Origin: an uncultured cyanobacterium
GTDB taxonomy: Bacteria > Cyanobacteriota > Cyanobacteriia > Leptolyngbyales > Leptolyngbyaceae
Direction of reading: 5' to 3'
Length of the DNA stretch: 29,577 nucleotides
Assembly: GCA_963766075.1 (NCBI GenBank)
Contig: CAVYAN010000066.1
Span: 1-29,577 of the forward strand
A model generated the notes under the pieces. The model ran no database searches. It had not been told where the DNA came from and saw nothing but the letters and a program-made list of their open reading frames with translations. Positions within the stretch are counted from its first letter, which is position 1, and each line of letters starts with the position of its first letter. The translations under genes and the position numbers were made by a program. This document shows positions 7,945-18,209 of the stretch, one piece after another.

Positions 7945-8119
7945 GTGGATTTCGACTCTGCTCAATTCACCTTCGGCTCCGCTCAATCCACAGACCGACG
8001 CATACAGGCAGAGCAACGTGGATTTCGACTCACCTAAAGCATTCTCAGTCAACTTGCGCCCTTCGACTTCGCTCAGGGCACATGCTTAGTCAAATGCGCC
8101 CTTCGACTTCGCTCGGGGC
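7945..8119. repeat. REP-like TTCGACT(T/C)CGCTCA hairpin repeats between convergent/adjacent genes
   Basis: GCCCTTCGACTTCGCTCAGGGC at 8058-8079 and a near copy at 8098-8119; variants TTCGACTCTGCTCA (7951) and TTCGGCTCCGCTCA (7972). Confidence 0.8.
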
Positions 8120-8131
8120 CCCAATCCACAA

Positions 8132-9850
8132 TCAGGCCTCTATCGGCGGCAACTCGCCCAAGATCCGAAAGCGCACATGGTTAATCGCCAGCTCGCCAAT
8201 GGAGAACCCCACGGAATTATTCGCCGTACGCACCGTCTCAAAGGGAATACCTTTGCCAATTTCCGCATGATACCAGGGCAACCCCATGAAAAAGCGGGTC
8301 GGGTAGGGACCCCGTTCCACAATGTCATCCGGGTTAGACTCCATGGGCAGCCAGCCATAGCCGGGAATGTAGAACTCCAGCCACACATGGTTATAGTCCG
8401 GTTGCAGGGGCACATGGTGCTGCTCGGCATGGGCCGGACATTTATAGCGGCCCACCGTGCGACAGGCAATGCCATTCAGCCGAGTCAAGGCCAGCAGCAA
8501 GCCCACATATTCCCCACAGGAACCAATCCCGCGCTCTAGGACAACATCCGGGGCCGCGATCGACGCTGTCAGCCGATAGGACAGTTTGTCATAGACGTAA
8601 TTGCGAATTTTCAGCATCCGCCGCAGCAGGTTGGTTTCAGTGCCGATCGCTTCTCGCGCTGCCTGCTTAATAATCGGCGTATCCATGGCCAATTCATCAT
8701 CATCGATCAAATAGCGCGCCTGGTGGCTAGGGGACAAGGGCGGAATGCCATCGGCGTTTTCGGGTTGCAGCAGATATTTAATGCCGCGCACCTCGATCAG
8801 GGCTTTCCAGCCAAATACATGGCGGCTTTGGTGGGTGAGTTGGTCAAACTTGAAGACAGCCACCCGCTCACCATCATCTAGTTCTTCTGTAAAGGGATGC
8901 CCGATCGCCTCAATCCGACGAATTTTTTGGCGATGGGTTTCAGCGGGCAGAGCAATGCGCCACTCCACACCATTGAGCGTAAAGTCCTCCAGCGGCTGTA
9001 ACTCTTCCACATAGGACATCTCCACCAAATAGCCATTGGAGAGGGCGTAGTGCTCCTGGGTATTGTGATAAATATGCAGCGGATGGATAAAGGTGCGATC
9101 GCGATAGGTCAGTTCAAACGGATCTTCCGCGTTGGGATTATCGCGAATATAGGCTTCTTCCCCGGCATAGGCGACGTAAAGGGTGGCGCTGTCACTGGAT
9201 CCTGGATCCGTCGCTACAGTGGGATAAAAAGCAAGGCCCGTTGGCTGTTCAAAAGGAGTCAGGACGCAAAACTTCTGCTCCCCCGTGGCCCGGTCGAGAC
9301 AATACACCGTTTGCTCAATGCGATCGCTCACCCACAGATCCTCACCCTGCACCATCAAGCTTTCTGGACCCACCCCCGGCGCAGCAAATTGGGTAATCAA
9401 GCGCTTCATCGTCCGTTCGTAGATCATGATGTAGCCCTTTTTTTGGCTACTGACATACACCGTGGACTCCCACACGCCCACACCATCCACCGGGTAGGGC
9501 AGCGTCACAAAGGGATGGGGAATAAAATCCGTCATACTGCACTGGTAAACGGTGTTATCCCGCGCAAACCAGAGGCTATCCTCCCACACCGCCAAACCCG
9601 TCGCATCCACAAACGGCTCTGTGTTTTGGCTGTTCAAAATGACGGTGCTCTCCGTCAGGGGATCCACATGCAGTAGATAGCCACGGATCGCATCCAATGC
9701 GAGCAGTTGGCCGTGCCACAGGGCCAGTCCCTGAATGGCATAGGCGCAAAACGGATAGATAGTGCGATGGGGATCGGCTTGTCGGGAAGGTAACACGGTC
9801 ATCTCAGGTAACTTGCCCGTGATTGGTTGGCTGTGGTCTAGTTGCATCAT
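8132..9850 (-). CDS. Transglutaminase-like domain protein with N-terminal beta-propeller
   Basis: GSCGEY, YNHVWLEFYIPGYGWLPMESNPD catalytic motifs; repeated GLAxW/GVGVW blades. Start 9850 or 9801. Confidence 0.88.
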   Translation of the reverse strand: MMQLDHSQPITGKLPEMTVLPSRQADPHRTIYPFCAYAIQGLALWHGQLLALDAIRGYLLHVDPLTESTVILNSQNTEPFVDATGLAVWEDSLWFARDNTVYQCSMTDFIPHPFVTLPYPVDGVGVWESTVYVSSQKKGYIMIYERTMKRLITQFAAPGVGPESLMVQGEDLWVSDRIEQTVYCLDRATGEQKFCVLTPFEQPTGLAFYPTVATDPGSSDSATLYVAYAGEEAYIRDNPNAEDPFELTYRDRTFIHPLHIYHNTQEHYALSNGYLVEMSYVEELQPLEDFTLNGVEWRIALPAETHRQKIRRIEAIGHPFTEELDDGERVAVFKFDQLTHQSRHVFGWKALIEVRGIKYLLQPENADGIPPLSPSHQARYLIDDDELAMDTPIIKQAAREAIGTETNLLRRMLKIRNYVYDKLSYRLTASIAAPDVVLERGIGSCGEYVGLLLALTRLNGIACRTVGRYKCPAHAEQHHVPLQPDYNHVWLEFYIPGYGWLPMESNPDDIVERGPYPTRFFMGLPWYHAEIGKGIPFETVRTANNSVGFSIGELAINHVRFRILGELPPIEA

Positions 9851-10259
9851 GCGCGATCGCCCGGAAAGTCCTCACAAATCATAGTCAACCGTTGTATTCA
9901 ATATCTGTATCAAAAGGAGAAGAAGGCTGGAAAAGATTCTGGAAATTTCGCGATCGCCTAGAATCCTCCAGGCCAACCTTACTAAAATTAACCCGGTTCA
10001 AGTATGCCGTCCAATCCAGTGACTTGGCGTCGTCAAGGCCATTCCCAGGGGCTGTATCACTGCTGGCAACAGTGTGCGGCGCTCAGACCTATCAGTGTTG
10101 AGCGTGCTTTATCGCGTGTTGCTTTATTATTTTATTTATCGCGTGTGCTTCCTTTTATAAGGATGATCTCTGGTACTGGAACGCAAAACTGGCTACATTG
10201 AGAGTACCATTGCTGGCTCGATGTTTTCTGGAATGGATGTTTTACGGGATGACTGTTCT

Positions 10260-10895
10260 ATGACTGTCGCTCAACCGCTGAACCCGACTCAATCGCCGTT
10301 TGAATCCCACGCCGTTCCCACCCCCAAGCGATTCTCCGTGGATGAGTATCACCGACTCACGAAACTGGGATTTTTGGCAGCGGGCGATCGCATTGAACTG
10401 ATTCGCGGGGAATTGATTTCGATGGCAGCTAAAGGCACCCCCCACGTTTTTTGTACGACGCGCTTGGGGCGGCAGTTTGATCGGCGGCTAGGAGATCGCG
10501 CGGTGGTGCGCTGTCAGGATCCCATCACTCTGGCCCCACAAAGTGAACCCGAACCTGACGTGGTGTTGGCGCGGGGCGATGAGGCGGACTATATGGCCCA
10601 CCACCCCTATCCCGAGGATATTCTGCTGGTGGTGGAAGTTGCGGATTCGACGGTGGCTTACGATCGCACCGTCAAGCTTTCCCTCTATGCCGAAGCGGGG
10701 ATTGCAGACTACTGGATCGTTGATTTAACGACCCGCCGTTTGGAACACTACAACGAACCCTATCAAACCAGCCAAGGCGAATTTGGCTACCGTCACACCC
10801 AAATTTTCTTACCCGACCAGTGCGTCACCATTCCTAGCTTTGCCGAAGTCAGCGTGGATTTGAGCCAAATTTTTCCAGAACCCATCAGTCGATAG
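10260..10895 (+). CDS. Uma2 (DUF820) family endonuclease
   Basis: RFSVDEYHRL, RIELIRGELI, SEPEPD, LLVVEVADST, KLSLYAEAGIADYWIVDL. Confidence 0.92.
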   Translation: MTVAQPLNPTQSPFESHAVPTPKRFSVDEYHRLTKLGFLAAGDRIELIRGELISMAAKGTPHVFCTTRLGRQFDRRLGDRAVVRCQDPITLAPQSEPEPDVVLARGDEADYMAHHPYPEDILLVVEVADSTVAYDRTVKLSLYAEAGIADYWIVDLTTRRLEHYNEPYQTSQGEFGYRHTQIFLPDQCVTIPSFAEVSVDLSQIFPEPISR

Positions 10896-10973
10896 ATCCA
10901 AGGTCTAAGATCCCCCTGCGTTAGCACGATCCGCTGCTTCTAACCAATTCACAGCGGACAGACATCCAAACCT

Positions 10974-12269
10974 CTACCGTTCCGGCACAAACTCCGTCAC
11001 CACTCGCCCCCCCGTACCGCCACCATCCACCACAATCGACGCTTGGTCCTGCATCCGCCCCCGCGCTCTCGGGCCTGCTAAGTTCAACATCGGACTCGCC
11101 TGCTGATAAACCACATGGCCTTCCGCCAGGAAATCCTGGGTCGCCAGGTTAACATCGAGGCGATCCGTGGTGAGGCTGGAGGGATTGCGATCGCTCACTC
11201 CGCGCACATCGCCCGTCAGATAGGCCATATTCGTCTTCAAATCCAATCGTCCGGCATTCGCGACGAGGTTGATCTGCTGTTTTTGGCTCACAATCGTCAC
11301 GCCCCCGAGTAGATTGGCGGTATTGGCCTGCAAATCCATCGTGCCACTGTTCCCCGTCAAGGTCAGCTGCTGCTCCCGGTTAACGACGGTCAAGGGTTGA
11401 TCGGAGGTCACGGTTTGGCGCTCCAGATTCCAAACTAGGGCCGCGCTGGCAATCTGCATTGCTGGCTTGGCAAAGGAAACCTGAGCATTTTGCTTCAGGG
11501 TCGCAATTTTGGTTTTCAGATCAAAGCTGAGGCGATCGCTCTGGGCCTGGTCCGTCGGCTTTTTATCCTTGTACTGGACAATTTGGATGGGACTCTGTGC
11601 CCCGGCAAAACTCTCCACCTGCTTTTTCTGGATTAGCCACACCAAGCGATCGCCCTTAAATTGAACCGCCGGATCCGTCGCCATAGCGGTCACATTGCCT
11701 TTGAGTTCTACACGCCGCGATCGGCTGAGAAATTTCGCTTCCTGGGCAGACAAATTCATTTCACGATGGCTACCCGTCAACTTATCCCGCAGAATCAGCG
11801 TATCTTTGCGCGGCTCCCATTCCAATTCGTTACCCTTCAGCGTCAGCCCATCCCGCGTATCGATCGCGGTGATGTCGCCTCGGAGCAGAATTTTCTGCCC
11901 ATCTTGCTGCACCTCACCGCCCTTGGCCACCACCTTCAAAATGGGCTTACCATCCTGAAAAAACTCGCCATGGGGTTCCTCAATGCGAGCCACTTTCTTA
12001 TCTTTGCTATAGCTAGCTTGTTTCGCCTTCACCTGCCACCACAGCCGCCCTTTATCGTCAAACTCTTCCAGAGTCACCGCATTAAAGGTCAGACTGTTGT
12101 CAAAATCTTCAATCTGCTGGGTATCTTGGGCAATTTTTTTGGCGGCTCTGGTGCCCCCCTCACAGGCACCCATCAGCACCAACAAACCGCCCAGCAGGCA
12201 GAGTGATCCCCACTGGCTGGTTTTTCTGGCAAAACGGGACAATTGGGACAGCATCAAAAAATCGGACAT
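10974..12269 (-). CDS. lptC: LPS export ABC transporter periplasmic protein LptC (long cyanobacterial form)
   Basis: Lipobox-like LMGAC, LTFNAVTLEE..KGRLWWQVKAKQASY, repeated beta-jellyroll segments; metG-NYN-lptC gene order. Confidence 0.8.
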   Translation of the reverse strand: MSDFLMLSQLSRFARKTSQWGSLCLLGGLLVLMGACEGGTRAAKKIAQDTQQIEDFDNSLTFNAVTLEEFDDKGRLWWQVKAKQASYSKDKKVARIEEPHGEFFQDGKPILKVVAKGGEVQQDGQKILLRGDITAIDTRDGLTLKGNELEWEPRKDTLILRDKLTGSHREMNLSAQEAKFLSRSRRVELKGNVTAMATDPAVQFKGDRLVWLIQKKQVESFAGAQSPIQIVQYKDKKPTDQAQSDRLSFDLKTKIATLKQNAQVSFAKPAMQIASAALVWNLERQTVTSDQPLTVVNREQQLTLTGNSGTMDLQANTANLLGGVTIVSQKQQINLVANAGRLDLKTNMAYLTGDVRGVSDRNPSSLTTDRLDVNLATQDFLAEGHVVYQQASPMLNLAGPRARGRMQDQASIVVDGGGTGGRVVTEFVPER

Positions 12270-12413
12270 AAGCCCTAGAACACGATAGAAACTTTCCCCT
12301 CACTCTAGCGCCTAGACGCCACAAGCTAGCGGAAAGTTGCGATCCCCCGGCAAAAGGATGCTCTAACGGGGATCGCCCTAACTGGGCTACCTTGAGGCTC
12401 TATTCGTGATGCT

Positions 12414-13028
12414 CTATTCGTGATGCTGGTGCGTGGATTCGTCGGCAACACCCACCGTCGCCAGAGGGCGATAGGTATAACTGCGAGGCGTTTTCTGGAT
12501 ATCTTCCTTAATGCCATCCAGATCGATGTAGCGATCGGCAACATTGATCAAGCTGTCACTGGTCATCGATCGCAGGCTGACAACCTCCACGCGCACACCC
12601 CGATAGCTAACCGCATTCACGGCATAGGCCAAGTCACCATCCCCACTCACCAACACAGCCGTGTCGTAGGAACCCACCAGCGACATCATATCCACAGCAA
12701 TTTCTACATCCAGATTGGCCTTCTTAGAGCCATCGGGCAATTGCACCAAGTCCTTGGAAATGACCCGATAGCCATTGCGCCGCATCCAGAGTAAAAAGCC
12801 CTGCTGCTTTTCATTGGTGCGATCGACACCGGTATAGAAAAAAGAACGTAATAGCCGGGAGCCCGCTGTCAATCGGCACAGCAACTTCGTGTAATCAATT
12901 TCAATCCCCAACTGCAACGCCGCGTAAAACAAATTCGAGCCATCAATAAAGATTGCCACCCGCCCCCGATTTTCCAAGACTTGTTCCGGAGTAAAGACGG
13001 TTTCGTTTTCTATGTTGCTATGTAACAT
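12414..13028 (-). CDS. NYN domain protein (LabA/DUF88 family)
   Basis: IFIDGSNLFY, KKANLDVEIAVDM, LVSGDGDL, VADRYIDL. Confidence 0.92.
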   Translation of the reverse strand: MLHSNIENETVFTPEQVLENRGRVAIFIDGSNLFYAALQLGIEIDYTKLLCRLTAGSRLLRSFFYTGVDRTNEKQQGFLLWMRRNGYRVISKDLVQLPDGSKKANLDVEIAVDMMSLVGSYDTAVLVSGDGDLAYAVNAVSYRGVRVEVVSLRSMTSDSLINVADRYIDLDGIKEDIQKTPRSYTYRPLATVGVADESTHQHHE

Positions 13029-13155
13029 GTAGTACCACACTTTTTTATGAATAAGGTTGATGGTTTTATAGAGCGTCAGTCAGTTGAATATCTAAGGAAG
13101 CCTAATTGCCAAATTGGACTATGGAGGGGACTGAACGAATCAGACAAAGCATGCT

Positions 13156-14883
13156 TTAAGACAACGATGTATCAGACGCTTCTAAACGTTGAAAAACGGG
13201 CTTGGGTTCACCCAGAGGTTGCCCAGGAGGCAACCGTCCCCAAATCGCGTGTTGATCAAAGGTCGGTAGGCAGGCCACCTGCGCAGGATCATCAAAACGA
13301 AGGTCAAACCCAAGCTGTTGATAAATGGCAGTACTGAGCTTGGGGGTAATCGGCGAGAGAAGATAGGCAGATAGCCGAACCGCTTCCAAGACGGTATAAA
13401 GGACTTCTTCAACACGCTGCTGTTGCCCCTGTTTATAGAGCGTCCAGGGAGCTTGCTCATCAATGAACTTGTTCCCGGCCCGAGCCAGCGTGAGAATGGC
13501 CTCACACGCTGAGCTGAAGGCAAGCTCCTCATAAAACTGAGCAACCCGATCTCCCAGATCCCGCCCCATAGCAGCCAAGGGATTATCCGACTGGGGGCTG
13601 GTGTCGGGCATGGCTGGATCGCTCCCTAAGGCTACAGGGGATGTCGCAATGGTCGGCACTGTCGCACCACAGTACTTCAAGACCATTTTCAGAGTCCGAT
13701 TCAGCAAATTGCCTAAATCGTTCGCCAAATCGGCGTTAAGAATATTAACGAACCGTACCTCATTAAAATCCCCATCCCGCCCAAACTCGATTTCCTTAAG
13801 AAAGTAATAACGAACGGCATCGGAGCCGTAGCGATCGACAAGGGCAACCGGGTCCAAAACATTGCCCAGGCTCTTGCCCATTTTCTGGCCATCTTTCGTT
13901 AAAAAGCCATGTCCAAAGACGTGATCTGGCAAAGGTAACCCCGCAGACATCAGCATGGCAGGCCAGTAGACCGCATGGAACCGCAGAATATCTTTGCCAA
14001 TTAAATGGAGGTTGAAGGGATACCACTGAGCCACGGCATTGGCTAGGGTCGGCTCAGCCTCGGGGTCTAGGAGCGCGGTAATATATCCCACCAGTGCGTC
14101 AAACCAAACATACAGAGTATGGCTGGGATCAGCCGGTACAGGAATGCCCCAATCCAAATTGACCCGTGAGATTGAAAAGTCCTGCAACCCTTGGCCAACA
14201 AAACTGAGGACTTCGTTGCGGCGGGCATCCGGCTGAATAAAATCCGGGTTGGCCTGGTACAGCGCCTCTAATTTGCCCTGGTAGTCGGAAAGTCGGAAAA
14301 AATAGTTCTGCTCATCCCGCCATTCCACAGCTTTGTTGGTGTGAATGGGGCAGTATTTTTCCGGCGGTTTCGAGGCTACTGGACCAGCGATCGCTGGGTC
14401 GATGATCGCTGGCTCAGGTGCTGACTTGGAGCCAGATTTGCCCTCGATCAAATCCCGCTCTTCCTTAAATTCTTCACAGGCCACGCAGTACCAGCCCTTT
14501 TGCTGCCCGAGGTAAATATCGCCGTGATCCCAAACCCGCTGAAAAAATTCTTTGACAATGGCCTCATGGTTGGGATGGGTGGTGCGAATGAAGCGATCCG
14601 GATGGATGCCCAGTTGATCCCAAAGGGCGGTAAAGCCGATGACAATCTGGTCGCAATGCTCCTGGGGCGATCGCCCCACAGCCTCGGCAGTACGCTGAAT
14701 TTTCTGCCCATGCTCGTCCACCCCCGTCACCAGGAGGGCGGCCTTGCCCCGCAACCGCTGAAACCGGACAATGACGTCAGCCGCAATCGTCGTATATGCG
14801 CTGCCCACATGGGGCAAGTCGTTAACGTAATAAAGCGGAGTCGTAATAGCAAAGGATTCAGCAGGAGCAGTTTTTAATGTCAT
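13156..14883 (-). CDS. metG: Methionine--tRNA ligase
   Basis: TTPLYYVNDLPHVGSAY, GVDEHGQKI, YCVACEEF, YVWFDAL, IGKDILRFH, KMGKS. Confidence 0.97.
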   Translation of the reverse strand: MTLKTAPAESFAITTPLYYVNDLPHVGSAYTTIAADVIVRFQRLRGKAALLVTGVDEHGQKIQRTAEAVGRSPQEHCDQIVIGFTALWDQLGIHPDRFIRTTHPNHEAIVKEFFQRVWDHGDIYLGQQKGWYCVACEEFKEERDLIEGKSGSKSAPEPAIIDPAIAGPVASKPPEKYCPIHTNKAVEWRDEQNYFFRLSDYQGKLEALYQANPDFIQPDARRNEVLSFVGQGLQDFSISRVNLDWGIPVPADPSHTLYVWFDALVGYITALLDPEAEPTLANAVAQWYPFNLHLIGKDILRFHAVYWPAMLMSAGLPLPDHVFGHGFLTKDGQKMGKSLGNVLDPVALVDRYGSDAVRYYFLKEIEFGRDGDFNEVRFVNILNADLANDLGNLLNRTLKMVLKYCGATVPTIATSPVALGSDPAMPDTSPQSDNPLAAMGRDLGDRVAQFYEELAFSSACEAILTLARAGNKFIDEQAPWTLYKQGQQQRVEEVLYTVLEAVRLSAYLLSPITPKLSTAIYQQLGFDLRFDDPAQVACLPTFDQHAIWGRLPPGQPLGEPKPVFQRLEASDTSLS

Positions 14884-15347
14884 AGAAATATATAAAGAAA
14901 GCCCAGAAAATCTACGTAAATGTTCACATAAATCTTTCAGATTTAAACTTTTTAGTGAATTATGTAATAATCGCGGCAGTTAATTGAGTCACTGTAACAA
15001 TAATCTACGGGCCGCATCTGCAAAATCCAAAAGAGTCCGCATCAAAAATCACCCCCCAGAGGATCATGCGTTGATCATTCCGCTCAGAGCAGACCTGCGC
15101 AATAAGCCGTGGATCCCTTACCACTGGCCGATTCTCTCAAGCTGGCCCTGATAAACTTAGGAACTAGGCCTTAACGACTATGATCCATCTTAGCTACAAA
15201 TTTTTACTCGAGTACAGCGCAAATCTTAAATTCGTTAGTGGATCAGCCGAAATAAATTCCCCCCGATCCACACTCAGCCCGCACTCTTGGCCCATACCCC
15301 TCTCCCAATAGTTATAAAAGCCCGTATATAAAAGCCCGTAGTTATGT

Positions 15348-15401
15348 AAAAAGCAAATCTCCCGCCTCTTCCCTTTGCAGCAGGAGGCAGGAGATTACTT
15401 T
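15348..15401 (-). terminator. Intrinsic terminator-like hairpin, possibly bidirectional
   Basis: Minus strand AATCTCCTGCCTC...GAGGCGGGAGATT then TGCTTTTT, ~110 nt downstream of the DUF1815 gene. Confidence 0.7.
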
Positions 15402-15512
15402 AGGTTTAGATTTAAATCCGACCCTTAGCCTAACCCTTCTCGTAATCGGCCTAGTACTTGTGGTCCTACGCTAGCTATTCTGATTCAAGGAGAGGGAGTA
15501 AGTAGGCACTTA

Positions 15513-15866
15513 CTAGTTGTACTGCTCAATGACCAATGCCGTGGGGCGATAGTCCGCTGGCTTAATTTGATGCTTCACCAGGGTTGCCAACTCCTGAAGC
15601 TGGCTGATGGCCTCAGCCCCCTCCAACTTCATTAGTTCCCGATCATCCCGCATTTCGGTCCACGTGATGCCATAGTCGGACACCAAAAACCGGATCAAAT
15701 GGTTGTCGCCTAAACTCACCATAAACGAGGCGCTATTCATTTGGCCACCGCAGGTGTAGCAGGAGGCGAGATAGCCTCGCCGCTCTAGCACAATCGCCAA
15801 AGCTTGGAGATTCATGACCAGGTCTTGAACGAACTGTCGGTGTTGTTCCGCTAATCTAGTGAACAC
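15513..15866 (-). CDS. DUF1815 family protein
   Basis: MFTRLAEQHRQFVQDLVMNLQALA...GYLASCYTCG...IRFLVSDYGITWTE; GGGAGG before the GTG start. Confidence 0.85.
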   Translation of the reverse strand: MFTRLAEQHRQFVQDLVMNLQALAIVLERRGYLASCYTCGGQMNSASFMVSLGDNHLIRFLVSDYGITWTEMRDDRELMKLEGAEAISQLQELATLVKHQIKPADYRPTALVIEQYN

Positions 15867-16295
15867 GGTTGCCCTCCCATCACCACATGTGGGTAATAAT
15901 CTTCAGAATCTTTTAAGATTTCTAAAGTCTAGTCTACAGCCCTATATATTTTTTTATCGTTTGAAAAATCGGTTGTAAGTTTTTCGATAGCCTGTCAACC
16001 GGAGACGCAAAAGGTTCATGGTACTACCAAATGCTGAACCCTTCTGCCTAAGCGTAGCGAACTATTTCAAAAATAAAGTATCGATCTAGACAATCCTGGA
16101 ATATTTCAGCCATTTGGCGGATAGACAGTCCGTCGGTATTTTGTGTCTTAAACGCTTGCAGCTTCGGATTTTAGGATGGATTTACTGTAAGGTACACGGC
16201 GATCGCCGCCCATTCCGCACAAAATCAGGGGATCGCTGTAAAAGTTATCAAAATCCGCCGAGTCTGCCGGACCAATCACCCCGGACCAATCACCC

Positions 16296-17168
16296 ATGCC
16301 TTGGACACCCCACCCCACCCACGATGGTTCTTTCACATTTTTCTCGGAGGAATTTGGCGAAACCTTCCACAGCCTCCAGGGTGCGCGGTCTGAAGCCTTT
16401 CAAAAGTTTGCCGTGGCCACCCATTTGCCCCAGCGGGCTGCTCAATCATCCCTGACGCTACTTGATATTTGCTATGGGCTGGGCTACAACACCGCAGCGG
16501 CTCTAGAAGCCATCTGGGCAGTAAATCCTGATTGCCGGGTCTTAGTGCACGGGTTGGAGATTGATGCCACGGTGCCTCAGGGGGCGCTGCGGCCAGAGAT
16601 GTTGGCCGGATGGTCACCCCAAGTGCAACAAATTTTGGGCCAGTTGGCAGAGGCACAGCACTGTCAACTGGCCCAATTAGAGGCGCACTTGTGGTTGGGA
16701 GATGCCCGTCAAACTTTACCAGAGCTTGGGCGCCGAGGATTTCAGGCGGACGCCATTTTTCTGGATCCCTTTTCGCCACGATGCTGCCCACAACTGTGGA
16801 CGGTGGAATTTTTACAGCAGGTGGGGAGTTGTCTGGCCCCGACAGGAACATTAGCGACCTATTCGAGATCGGCAGCGGTGCGATCGGCACTCCTGCAGGC
16901 GGGCCTGGGTTTGGGCACGATCCCCATCGGGACCAGTGCCCTACCCCATGAATGGTCTCAGGGGACAGTTGCCGCCTGGGATCCCACCGCCCTGCTGCCG
17001 CTATCTCCGTTAGAAATGGAGCACCTACAGACTCGGGCCTCGGTGCCTTACCGCGATCCCAGTCTGAGGGATACCGCCGCCGTGATTCTAGAACGGCATC
17101 GGCAAGAGCAAGCGACCTGCGGGCTGGAATCGACCTCCAGTTGGCGGCGGCGCTGGGGAATCCGATAG
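16296..17168 (+). CDS. MnmC/MnmD-type tRNA U34 SAM-dependent methyltransferase
   Basis: THDGSFTFFSEEFGETFHS, LDICYGLGYN, IFLDPFSPRCCPQLWT, LATYS. Confidence 0.88.
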   Translation: MPWTPHPTHDGSFTFFSEEFGETFHSLQGARSEAFQKFAVATHLPQRAAQSSLTLLDICYGLGYNTAAALEAIWAVNPDCRVLVHGLEIDATVPQGALRPEMLAGWSPQVQQILGQLAEAQHCQLAQLEAHLWLGDARQTLPELGRRGFQADAIFLDPFSPRCCPQLWTVEFLQQVGSCLAPTGTLATYSRSAAVRSALLQAGLGLGTIPIGTSALPHEWSQGTVAAWDPTALLPLSPLEMEHLQTRASVPYRDPSLRDTAAVILERHRQEQATCGLESTSSWRRRWGIR

Positions 17169-17169
17169 C

Positions 17170-17865
17170 TTATTCTGGGGTGGCCACGGTCTGGGGGGCG
17201 GGCGGGAGCATGGCCGATGGTCCGGAAACCGACTGGAGGCTGTTGTCGATTTTATCGGCGATCGCAGCAATCCAGATTTCATCCTGCCGGGTATAACTGC
17301 GGGGCGCATTCGCTCCCAGAATCATGACGCCTCGACCGCCTAGGGGTTGGCAAATCACACCCTGAGTATTTTCGGGAAGATAATTAAATTCCAGTCGTCC
17401 AGGATAGAGTTTCAGGGAAACCAGGTAGACGGGTTTTTGCTGGGTCAGGACGCGATCGAGGATAGGTCCGGGCTGAACCGTGCTTTCCGGGGGCAATATC
17501 CCACGCCGCAGCAGCACCTTGCCGTCGTACCACAGAACGATCACCCGCGTGGCGGTGTTGGTCAGCAGCAGGTGAGAGGCCCAGGCCAATTCAACTTGAA
17601 TCGCGTCCGGCAGGCTGGAATCCATCTCAAATCCCGGACTGCCACTCAGAGCAACACTTTCGGGTAGGCGGGGTTGGACCTGCTGCCAAAGGAGACCCGT
17701 CAGGATCAGGACGGCGCTAATAATGACGCCTAGGGCGTCAGACCGGGCCTGGGAGGCGGTAATCTCTGGCGTGAGCACGCGGTTGATCAAGAACAGGGTG
17801 CCAGCAATCGCGCCCACCCCGAGGGGTAATAGCCGAAGCAGGCGATGGGGATCAGAATTTGCCAT
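17170..17865 (-). CDS. Cofactor assembly of complex C subunit B (CCB2/CCB4 family)
   Basis: Two TM helices, SQARSDALG, ELAWASHLLLTNT, YPGRLEFNYLPENTQGVICQP, PRSYTRQDEIWI. Confidence 0.82.
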   Translation of the reverse strand: MANSDPHRLLRLLPLGVGAIAGTLFLINRVLTPEITASQARSDALGVIISAVLILTGLLWQQVQPRLPESVALSGSPGFEMDSSLPDAIQVELAWASHLLLTNTATRVIVLWYDGKVLLRRGILPPESTVQPGPILDRVLTQQKPVYLVSLKLYPGRLEFNYLPENTQGVICQPLGGRGVMILGANAPRSYTRQDEIWIAAIADKIDNSLQSVSGPSAMLPPAPQTVATPE

Positions 17866-17968
17866 TGGGAGAGAGAGAAATAAAAAAAGGAGAAGAATTT
17901 GACAACCGATGATTTGACAATCGCTGCGGCGGACAGCTCAAGGACCATCGATACACATCCGGCATACC

Positions 17969-18019
17969 CACGTTGCACAAAGAAACACGTTGCACAAAGA
18001 AACACGTTGCACAGAGGAA
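17969..18019. repeat. 17-bp tandem repeat x3
   Basis: CACGTTGCACAAAGAAA x2 plus CACGTTGCACAGAGGAA. Confidence 0.9.
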
Positions 18020-18209
18020 GAAAATGCCACTTCTAGGGCTGGAAACAGGAGACTGCCCTTAATATCTTATCTAGGCAGATGTCAGGCCACCTGAATTGCT
18101 GGCGGCAGTGTGGGAACTGACGGTGCGCACGACTGATGGGCACACGATTATCGAAATTCCCGTTGCTTAGAGATTGAGTAGAGATTTAGATCCAGATTGG
18201 GAGGCAGGG

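Noticed and set aside
14994..15008. GTA...TAC as an NtcA site
   Set aside because: Spacer is 9 nt, not 8.
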